DNA of 64,000 bases, taken from contig JBFWNU010000002.1 in NCBI GenBank assembly GCA_050250895.1, forward strand, positions 823,659-887,658, in the 5' to 3' direction. A program made the position numbers and the translations under genes. This DNA is from Vulcanimicrobiota bacterium. GTDB lineage: Bacteria > Vulcanimicrobiota > Xenobia > Xenobiales > JADMJV01. The notes beneath the pieces are model-generated. The model was not told the DNA's origin and made no database searches. It saw only the letters and a list, made by a program, of their open reading frames with translations. Below, in pieces: positions 48,970-56,844 of this stretch (position 1 is the first letter of the stretch; each line of letters opens with the position of its first letter).

Positions 48970-49573
48970 AGCCAGAGAATAGCCCGGTCTTAGCGGACCG
49001 CCCTCCCCCGCTGGGAGCCTAAACCCCTATCCCAAGGGATCCAAATTTGAGCGGGTCACCTCAAGGTCGGCGCAGATTTTACCGCTTGAGAGTGGTCTCA
49101 CCTCGTTCGATGTGGCAAAACCCTAGCCAGCGAGCCCACTCCAGCCTGCGCGCACGTGTCAAGAGAAGGCCGACGCACGGCTCCGGTGACCCCTCGGTAT
49201 CTCGGCGGTTTCAACGTCGGCGCTCGCTCGATGTAAAAACCGCGGAGGACGCAGAGTTCGCGAAGGTGTGGCCGAGGCTTCAGGGGCGGTGTCTCTGGAG
49301 GTCAGTGGCCCGTCTTGGAAGGTTAAGAGATTGGGGTGGAGGAGCCAGAGGCGACCAGGTGAGCGCTCGTTCGATGGGGGGGCTGACCACCGAGGTGGTG
49401 GGCAATCCCAAAAAGAAATCCGGTCGAGAGCCAACCCTTCCAGATGCACGGCCCTCCCCGCGCCCCCCGCGGAGCCCCGCGGTTTCCCATTTTCGAGCGC
49501 TCACGCCTCCAGAGGCCCTAACCTCCTCCGCGCCCCCCCGCGGAACTCCGCGGTTTCACCAACGCGCGCCCAC

Positions 49574-50380
49574 CTAGAGCTTCTGGAACGACAGCAGGGC
49601 GATCACCAGGCAGCCCAGGGCCACGCGCCAATATCCGAAGAGGGCCATGCCTTTGGATTTGATCCAGTTGACCATCCACTTGACCGCCACGAAGGCCGAC
49701 AACCAGCTGGCGGCAAAACCGATGAGGATGACGCTGGGCCCATAGCTCTGGATCATCGCGTCACCGTGCTTGAGGCCGGCGTAGCAGGTGGCCGCACCCA
49801 GGGTGATCACGCCCAGCAGAAACGAGAACTCTACCGCCGCTGACAGAGAGAGGCCCACCAGCACTCCGCCCAGGATAGTGACCAGGCTGCGACTGGTGCC
49901 GGGCCACATGGCCAGGCACTGGATCAGGCCGATGCCCAGCGCCGCGCGCCAGTGCAGGGCGCTGAGGCCTTTGCCTTCCTTCTTGTCGTCGAGGGGAAAG
50001 GCCAGAATGACCAGTCCGCCCACCAACCAGGCCACCGCGATGGGCCACAAGCCGAAGAGATACTTTTCGACCTTGTCATCGAAGAGCAGGCCCACCACGG
50101 CCGCCGGCAAGAAAGCCGTGATCAAGCAGATGCCCAGGGTCTTACCCTCGGGGTTTTTGCCCATGAAGCCTTCCAGCACTTGTTTGACCCGACCCCAATA
50201 GAGGCGCAAAACGGCCAGAATAGCGCCGGCCTGAATGGCGATGGCGTAAGCGTTAGCCGCCTCGCTCTCGGGAATGCCCAGCAGGCGCTGGGTCAGCAGC
50301 AGATGGCCGGTCGAACTGACGGGCAGGTATTCGGTGATCCCCTCGACCACCCCGAGGATGAGTGCCTGAAAGATGTCCAC
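49574..50380 (-). CDS. uppP: Undecaprenyl-diphosphate phosphatase
   Basis: LGVVEGITEYLPVSSTGH, PGTSRS, AVEFSFLL. Confidence 0.95.
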   Translation of the reverse strand: MDIFQALILGVVEGITEYLPVSSTGHLLLTQRLLGIPESEAANAYAIAIQAGAILAVLRLYWGRVKQVLEGFMGKNPEGKTLGICLITAFLPAAVVGLLFDDKVEKYLFGLWPIAVAWLVGGLVILAFPLDDKKEGKGLSALHWRAALGIGLIQCLAMWPGTSRSLVTILGGVLVGLSLSAAVEFSFLLGVITLGAATCYAGLKHGDAMIQSYGPSVILIGFAASWLSAFVAVKWMVNWIKSKGMALFGYWRVALGCLVIALLSFQKL

Positions 50381-50434
50381 GGCCCGAATTTTCGCGGGTT
50401 TGGGCCGCCTCCCTCGTGAGAAAGGAAGGTCGCG

Positions 50435-51361
50435 TCAGCGAAACGAGCTGAAAAAGATCCAGATCTCGTCCGCCGCATTGAGGTCGCGACTGACTTCTCC
50501 TACCATCGAGACCGGCAGATACTGCGGGCCCGAGGGCCATGTGTGGCCGCCGTTCTTGATCTCGTAGAGCACGACCGGAGCTCCTTTGGATGAAGGCCAA
50601 CTGGTGCGGGTGACCGAGGTGTTATCGCCGGGAGCGTCGATGGCCCGCACCGAATCGGGTGACTGCGAACAGCCGTTGCGACGGCGGAAGATGGCCAGGG
50701 TTTTCTCGGTCGAGAGCACGGCGTCGCGATCTCGGCCCAAGATGCGAATCATGCCGCCCTGATAGGGCACCAGCGGGTCCCCCGTGCCGTTGAAGACGGC
50801 CAGCCCCACCGGGGGGCCGTCGGTGCAGTCGTCTTCGAGATAGCCAGGCAAAGGCATGGTGACCGGTGCCACCGCGCGAAAGACGCCCGGCAGCTTGCCC
50901 ACCAGGAAGTAGCAGGCCTGTCCACCGCGCGAGATGCCAGTGGCAAAGATCCGACGCGAGTCGATAGGAGCCACACTCTGGACTTGTTCGAGCACCGTCT
51001 TGAAATAGGCCAGGTCATCGTTGGGATTCTCGATGCTGGCCGAGATTTCGCCCTCGCCGAAGTTCCAGAGTTTCTCGCCCCCGGCCTCGGGATAGACCAC
51101 GTAGAAACCGTGCTGGTCAGCCAGCTGGTTGAAGCGATGCCCGGTCATGCGGACCATCTGGCGAGCCGTGCCCGAGCCTCCATGGATGACAAAAACTAGA
51201 GGTCGTGCCCCTTCCAGGGCGGCGGTCTGTTTCGGGGTGTAGAGCAGGTAGCGCCGGGTCACCCCAGCCTGGTCGAAGGTCTTTTCGTGCAGCCCCGGCC
51301 GGGCCGCCGCCAGCCCGCTGGCCAGTAGCAGCCAGGCCAGCAACCATCTACCAGATGGCAT
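50435..51361 (-). CDS. Secreted alpha/beta hydrolase (LpqC / PHB depolymerase-like esterase)
   Basis: PLVFVIHGG, GISRGG nucleophile elbow, GTGDPLVP, GGHTWP. Confidence 0.85.
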   Translation of the reverse strand: MPSGRWLLAWLLLASGLAAARPGLHEKTFDQAGVTRRYLLYTPKQTAALEGARPLVFVIHGGSGTARQMVRMTGHRFNQLADQHGFYVVYPEAGGEKLWNFGEGEISASIENPNDDLAYFKTVLEQVQSVAPIDSRRIFATGISRGGQACYFLVGKLPGVFRAVAPVTMPLPGYLEDDCTDGPPVGLAVFNGTGDPLVPYQGGMIRILGRDRDAVLSTEKTLAIFRRRNGCSQSPDSVRAIDAPGDNTSVTRTSWPSSKGAPVVLYEIKNGGHTWPSGPQYLPVSMVGEVSRDLNAADEIWIFFSSFR

Positions 51362-53357
51362 TGCGGCGCTCGCCCTCGCGTAGCATCGGGCTGCCGGGCG
51401 GGATCTTGAAGGCCTGCTCGAATTCGGGCAGGTTCGACAGCGGTCCGTTGACCCGATAGCGAGGGTGGGGATGGGGGTCGGTGTTGACCTGCAGGCGCTC
51501 GTATTCGGGGCGCATGTTCATAGCCCAGACGCGGGCGTAGGCCAGGAAGAATCGCTGCTCGGGATTGAACTTGCCGCTGCGATCGGGAGGGTTTTTCTGC
51601 CAGGCCTTCTGCAGGGCGCGATAGGCCAGCTTGAGTCCGCCCAGGTCGGCGATGCTCTCGCCCACCACCAGTTTGCCGTTGATGTGCAGGTTATCGGCCA
51701 CGGTGTATTCGTCGAACTGCTTGACGATGCGTTCGGCCAGACCTTCGAAGCGCAACTTGTCGTCGTCGGTCCACCAGTTTTCCAGGTTGCCTTTGGCGTC
51801 GTACTTGGAGCCCTGGTCGTCAAAACCGTGAGTTAACTCATGGCCGATGACCATGCCCAGGGCCCCGTAGTTAAGGGCGTCGTCGTAGTCGTTCGAGAAG
51901 AAGGGAGGCTGGAGAATGCCGGCCGGGAACACGATCTCGTTAGAGGAGGGGTCGTAGTAGGCGTTGACCGTCTGGGGGGTCATATACCACTCGTTGGGGT
52001 CGACCGGTTTGCCGATCTTGGCCAGGTCGCGAGCCACCTCGAAGGCCTGGGCGGCCAGAGCGTTCTCGGCATAGGCCCCGGGCTTGATGGTCAGGCTGGA
52101 ATAGTCGCGCCACTGATCGGGGTAGCCGATCTTCTGGCGGATGGCCTGGAGCTTCTCGACCGCCTTGAGGCGGGTAGCCGGGCTCATCCACTCGAGGGTT
52201 TCGAGGTCTTCGCGTAGGGCCGCCCGCAGGTTGGCGATCAGCTCTTCGACGCGGACTTTGGCTTCGGGGGGGAACTTGCGGGCCACGAACTTTTTGCCCA
52301 AAGCCATGCCGATGGCGCCATCGGTGGCTGCCACCACCCGCTTCCAGCGCGGTTGCATCTTCTCGGCGCCGGTCAGGGCCTTGCCGTAGAAGTTGAAGGT
52401 CGCTGTCTCGAACGGCTCGGCCAGGCTGGGCGCTTGACTGTGGACCAGGTGCCAGCGCAGGTAGGTCTTATGGGTCTCGATGGGAGTCTGGGTCAGGGCT
52501 GCGTCGAGCGCCTTGAAGAAGTCGGGGGTGGCCACGTTGAGCCACTCGATTTCGACGCCCATCCGTTGAAAATAGGTGGCCCAGTCGAAATGGGGGCTGA
52601 CTGCCTTCAGTTCGGCCAGGGTCTTGGGGTTGTAGGTCGCTTCGGGGTCGCGCAGGGCCACCCGTGTCATCGAGTCTTTGGCCAGTTTGCTTTCGAAATC
52701 ATAGACATAAGAGCTGTCGTGGGCCGAGCCCTGGGCCGAAGGACCCATCAGATTGAACATAGTGACCAGGTGGCCCTGATAACCCGAGCGGATCTTCCGG
52801 GACGCCTCATCGTCGCGAAAGTAGTAATCGCGATCAGGCAGTCCCAGCCCGCCTTGCGAAAGTTGGCCGATGACTTTCGAGCTGTCTTTCGAGTCTTGCA
52901 CGGCGCCGAAGTTGAAATAAACCCATACGCCCATCGAGTGGAGGCGGGCGACCTCGGCTTGCAGACTCGCCTGGTCGGTGATGGCCTCGATGCGAGCCAA
53001 CTCGTCGGCCAGCGGCTTGAGGCCGGCGGCGTTGATGGCTTTGGTGTCCATCCCCGAGGCGTAGAAATCGGCCAGTTTCTGCTCTTCTGAGCCCGGGGCG
53101 GGATTTTGCCTTCCGAGTTCTTCGAGAATCTCGCGACAGACCGCTTGATTGTTCTCGGCCAGCACGTTGAAAGTGCCCCAGCGGGGGCGGTCCGAGGGAA
53201 TCGGATTGCGCTTCATCCAGCCGCCGTTGGCGTACAGATAGAAATTCTCGGCCGGCGACACGGTAGTGTCCATGTCGGCCGGGTCGAGCCCGGTGGGTGG
53301 GGCTGCCCAGGCGGGCAGACAGCAAAGAATGGCCAGGGCCAGGAACAGTCGTTTCAT
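51348..53357 (-). CDS. Secreted M13-family (neprilysin/PepO-like) zinc metallopeptidase
   Basis: VNAYY, PAGILQPPFF, HELTHGFDD, GESIADLGG. Confidence 0.95.
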   Translation of the reverse strand: MKRLFLALAILCCLPAWAAPPTGLDPADMDTTVSPAENFYLYANGGWMKRNPIPSDRPRWGTFNVLAENNQAVCREILEELGRQNPAPGSEEQKLADFYASGMDTKAINAAGLKPLADELARIEAITDQASLQAEVARLHSMGVWVYFNFGAVQDSKDSSKVIGQLSQGGLGLPDRDYYFRDDEASRKIRSGYQGHLVTMFNLMGPSAQGSAHDSSYVYDFESKLAKDSMTRVALRDPEATYNPKTLAELKAVSPHFDWATYFQRMGVEIEWLNVATPDFFKALDAALTQTPIETHKTYLRWHLVHSQAPSLAEPFETATFNFYGKALTGAEKMQPRWKRVVAATDGAIGMALGKKFVARKFPPEAKVRVEELIANLRAALREDLETLEWMSPATRLKAVEKLQAIRQKIGYPDQWRDYSSLTIKPGAYAENALAAQAFEVARDLAKIGKPVDPNEWYMTPQTVNAYYDPSSNEIVFPAGILQPPFFSNDYDDALNYGALGMVIGHELTHGFDDQGSKYDAKGNLENWWTDDDKLRFEGLAERIVKQFDEYTVADNLHINGKLVVGESIADLGGLKLAYRALQKAWQKNPPDRSGKFNPEQRFFLAYARVWAMNMRPEYERLQVNTDPHPHPRYRVNGPLSNLPEFEQAFKIPPGSPMLREGERRNAIW

Positions 53358-53404
53358 GATGGATCTCCCGTTCGCCCTTGAACCGGCCGGGCCCCTTTGA
53401 GTTG

Positions 53405-53602
53405 CTAGTCAGACCATCCCAGAGGCTGGCCTCGATGGCCCGGCCGTTCGACAGCCACGGCCGTGGGGGGCTGTGGCGCCGGGGCCCGTCGCGACAACAA
53501 GACGGTCAGGGGCGGGGCGGCGGGTGGACCGCTGACCAGCGGTGGCGAGGCCAGGGCTAGCAGGGTCAACAAGGTAAGAAGCCAGGCGGCGCGCTGTTTC
53601 AT
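53405..53602 (-). CDS. Small secreted or membrane-bound Pro-rich peptide
   Basis: ATGA overlap with the upstream gene; signal-like MKQRAAWLLTLLTLLALA. Confidence 0.45.
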   Translation of the reverse strand: MKQRAAWLLTLLTLLALASPPLVSGPPAAPPLTVLLSRRAPAPQPPTAVAVERPGHRGQPLGWSD

Positions 53603-54903
53603 GGAGTGAGGTCTCCGGCCAGCACGCCATGCGGGGTGCCGATGAGGAACTGGCCACTGTCGTTGAGGGCCAGCACTTCGTCGGGTCGCAGCACGCGATT
53701 ACCCGCTTTGAGCACGAAAGCGCTGCCGTCGTTGACGTTACCGGTGACCACCCCCGACGAGGTGCCGATTAGGAAGGTTCCGTCTTCGCGCAGCACGGCG
53801 CTGATGTTCTGGATGTGGCCGTCGCCGGGCATGTCGTCATAGCCGTCTTCGTCCACGCCATTGTTGGCATAAAGCTTGTGACCGTCGAGCTTGACCAGGG
53901 TCACCTCGTCACGCGAGGCGTCACCGCGCACCACCCCTGAGAGAGTGCCGGCCACGAACTGGCCGTTCTCGTTGAGGTCCATTCCTTCGTCGGCTCGCAC
54001 CGTCTTGCCGTCAAGCTTCACCAGGCTGGTCTGGCCACCCACCTCGCCGCGAATCAGGCCGGGGCCGGTGCCGGCGATGAACTGGCCTTGATTGTTGAGC
54101 TGTACTTCATCGTCAGCCCAGACCTTGCGGCCATCAAGTTGAACCAGCCTGGTCCCACCGTCGATATGGCCCTCGACCAGGCCGCGGGTGGTGCCAGCCA
54201 CGAACTGGCCGCGGTCGTTCAAGTCCAGACCATCGTCGACCTTGAGCGTCTTGCCGTCGAGGGTCACCAGGTGGGCCTCGCCCTGGGCCACCTGGCCGGT
54301 GACCAGACCCTGCAGCGCGCCCGCCAGGAAATGGCCCGAATCGTTGACGTCAAAGCCCTCGTCGGCGAAGGCCGTCCGCCCGTCGAGCTTGAGAAAGCGG
54401 GCCTGGCCGGTAGTGAGGTCGCCCACCACGATGCCGCGGTTGGTGCCCACGATGAACTGGCCCTTCTCGTTGATGGCCGAGCCGCCGTCCGAGCGAAGGT
54501 CCTTGCCCTCGACCCGCAACAGATGCTGGCTGCCGGCCTGGTTGAGGTTGCCGACCACGATGCCCTGAATGGTGCCGACCACGAACTGGCCTTGGGAGTT
54601 GACGGCCCCTCCTTCATTGGCGAACAGCTTGTGCCCGTCAAGCTCGAGAAAGTGCCCGGTGGCCGTGCCTTCGGGAGCTTCCGGCAGGGCGATCTGGATC
54701 GAGGGCTGGTTGCTGGCGGTGCACCCGGCCACTGAAGTCACCGCTACCAGCCCCAGCAACGCCGCTCCCCACAACGACTTGGGGGAATGGGCGGGGGTCG
54801 GGTCCTGGGTGAAGTTGTCCAGCGAGGGAGCTTCTTCGGTTGGGACGGTGGCGGAGCGAACTCCGGGAGGGGCGGCATGGCGGACGGAACTCAACTTCTG
54901 CAT
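53599..54903 (-). CDS. Eight-repeat beta-propeller protein, possible lipoprotein
   Basis: Eight repeats of about 41 aa, consensus LDGKxxxADxGxxLNxxGQFxxGTxxGxxxG; internal hydrophobic helix ending VAGC. Confidence 0.75.
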   Translation of the reverse strand: MQKLSSVRHAAPPGVRSATVPTEEAPSLDNFTQDPTPAHSPKSLWGAALLGLVAVTSVAGCTASNQPSIQIALPEAPEGTATGHFLELDGHKLFANEGGAVNSQGQFVVGTIQGIVVGNLNQAGSQHLLRVEGKDLRSDGGSAINEKGQFIVGTNRGIVVGDLTTGQARFLKLDGRTAFADEGFDVNDSGHFLAGALQGLVTGQVAQGEAHLVTLDGKTLKVDDGLDLNDRGQFVAGTTRGLVEGHIDGGTRLVQLDGRKVWADDEVQLNNQGQFIAGTGPGLIRGEVGGQTSLVKLDGKTVRADEGMDLNENGQFVAGTLSGVVRGDASRDEVTLVKLDGHKLYANNGVDEDGYDDMPGDGHIQNISAVLREDGTFLIGTSSGVVTGNVNDGSAFVLKAGNRVLRPDEVLALNDSGQFLIGTPHGVLAGDLTP

Positions 54904-55056
54904 GTCCCCAGTGTAACGTCTTGATGTTTCTAAACTGTTTCCAAAATGTATCCGGGTTTCTATTCCTTCACGTGCAACAACTTCCGTCTCTAAGTGGACA
55001 CTTTTCGCTGTCGATTTCTACCGTCTACCGACTTCCGTCTGATCCTACCGTCTGAT

Positions 55057-55971
55057 CTACCACGCGTGCCCGGCCATCAGCATCGAGGCCAGGGCTTCGC
55101 TGATCGGTTGTCCGGTTCGGTTTTCATACCAGCCGTAGGCCGGGGAGGGGTTGACCTCAAAGCAGCACACCTCGCCCTCGGGAGTGAAGCGAAGGTCGAG
55201 CCCGGCCAACGGCAACTCGAGGCGTCGGGCCAGGTTCTGGCAGCGTTCAGCCAGCTCGGCGGGAAGGTCCCAGGCCACGATCTCGGACTCTTTGTCATAG
55301 CGATAATCACTCTTCTGCGACTCGATCCGCGAGGCGAAGACACCGTGGTTGCCGACCACATGGACCCGCACGTCAAAGCCCGGCACATAGCTCTGCAGCT
55401 GCAAAGGGCAGTATTGCAGTTGCTCGAGTCGATCCAGATCTTGTTCTTGCAGCTTCTGCACGATCGAGCGCTGGTAGCTGATCGATTTGAAGATGACCTC
55501 GCCCTCTTGCTCTTCGTAAAAGAAGCGAGCCTGCTGGTCGCGGTTGGTCACCACCGTGGCGGGCACAGCCAGGCCCGCTTCGGCGATGAGGCGAATCTGA
55601 TAAGGCTTGCTGGCGTTGGAACTGGCCGCCCGCGGCCGGTTGACCACCAGACCCGGAAAGTTGTTGAGCCAGCCCACCAGGGCCGACTGGCACTGATGGT
55701 TGACGTGCACGACCTCCTCGTCGCTGTACTCTTCATAGACTTGAAAGTTCGAGAAGCCGACGCGATGATAGATAGCCCGAATGCGGCTGCACGCGATCCG
55801 CTCGCCACCCAGCAGAAAGGCATCCTGTTCAGGCGTCGAGCCGAAAGCGAGACGAATCTCGCCGGGGATGTCGTGCACCGAAAAGAACATCGATTCTGCC
55901 CCGGCCGCCGACAAGGCCTCGGCGATGCCGACACCCATCGGGTCTTCGGGCGAAGAGATGACCAGGATCAC
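55057..55971 (-). CDS. ATP-grasp ligase (RimK / MvdC-MvdD-like), catalytically intact
   Basis: MILVISSPED start (GTGA coupling), NASKPYQ, GLAVPATVVTN, VIFKSIS, LQSYVPGFDVRVHVVG, DYRY, GLDLR, FEVNPSP. Confidence 0.9.
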   Translation of the reverse strand: MILVISSPEDPMGVGIAEALSAAGAESMFFSVHDIPGEIRLAFGSTPEQDAFLLGGERIACSRIRAIYHRVGFSNFQVYEEYSDEEVVHVNHQCQSALVGWLNNFPGLVVNRPRAASSNASKPYQIRLIAEAGLAVPATVVTNRDQQARFFYEEQEGEVIFKSISYQRSIVQKLQEQDLDRLEQLQYCPLQLQSYVPGFDVRVHVVGNHGVFASRIESQKSDYRYDKESEIVAWDLPAELAERCQNLARRLELPLAGLDLRFTPEGEVCCFEVNPSPAYGWYENRTGQPISEALASMLMAGHAW

Positions 55972-56837
55972 GGCTTGCCCTCCAACAACTCGGCCACGGC
56001 CGAGCGCACCGTCTCGTGAGATAGGGCCGCCAGGCTGGGAAAGCTCTGCAGCGAGCCCACCTGCCACTGCCCGTCGTGACCCCGTCGCAGGTTGAATTCG
56101 CCCAGATTCAGCTCGAGACTGCGGGCTAGGTCAAGACAGGCCTCTTGCAGTTGCGCGGGTGGCTCGGCTTCGCCTACGAACAAGCCTTCTTCACCCACCA
56201 CACACAGGGCGCCGGCCCCCGGCCACGGCTCGGCCTCGAAATGAATCGGGGCCAGCGGCAACCGCTCGAGCAGCTCGAGTTGGTCCTCTTCCATGGCCGT
56301 GAAGTGGCTGCCGGGGTCGCCCACCTGGCGATAGATGATGCGCCCCTGGTGGTGCCGATGAAAGTCGCGAGCCGCCTCAGGATCCGAGGTCACCAGCATC
56401 TCGGGCACCGGCAACCCGGCCGCGCTGACCGTGCGCATGGTCGACCAGCGCGTTCCCCAGGTATCAGGCCGGCGAAAAAAGTTGGCCATCAGGGCCGTGT
56501 CCGACAGTTGGTCGAACATGGCGATGAGGGTGGCCCACTCTTCGAGCTGAATGTAACCGCGATCTTGCTCTGAAAAGCCCTCCAGGCTTTCGGGGGGCAC
56601 AAAGAAATGGTCCATGCAAACCGCCGACACTGTCGAGAAAGGCAGCACGCCCCCATCGGGCAGATAGACCAGGCTCGTGCCCGGGTCGGGCCCAAGATAG
56701 AGCGAGCATTCCGAGAAAAACTGCTCTTGAGTAAAGAACGCCACCGGTCGCCGTTGGCGATTGAGCAGCGTCTCGTAAAGAATGGCCAGACCCGGATGTT
56801 GAAGGGTCCCGTAGAACAGGACGCACGATTCTTGCAT
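55968..56837 (-). CDS. ATP-grasp-fold protein with a degenerate active site (probable pseudo-ligase)
   Basis: AGLPVPEMLVTSDPEAARDF and LERLPLAPIHFE align with the neighbour. Key positions differ: K to R (IIYR), no DVRV, DLR to NLR, EVNP to SLQS. Confidence 0.75.
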   Translation of the reverse strand: MQESCVLFYGTLQHPGLAILYETLLNRQRRPVAFFTQEQFFSECSLYLGPDPGTSLVYLPDGGVLPFSTVSAVCMDHFFVPPESLEGFSEQDRGYIQLEEWATLIAMFDQLSDTALMANFFRRPDTWGTRWSTMRTVSAAGLPVPEMLVTSDPEAARDFHRHHQGRIIYRQVGDPGSHFTAMEEDQLELLERLPLAPIHFEAEPWPGAGALCVVGEEGLFVGEAEPPAQLQEACLDLARSLELNLGEFNLRRGHDGQWQVGSLQSFPSLAALSHETVRSAVAELLEGKP

Positions 56838-56844
56838 TCAGAGG

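Larger units (their letters stand above)
48574..49560. repeat. Dispersed REP-like GC-rich repeats (about 5 copies, both orientations)
   Basis: Variants of AAACCGC(C/G)G(A/G)G followed by a GC-rich tail near 48574 (+), 49190 (-), 49236 (+), 49454 (-) and 49524 (-). Confidence 0.55.
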
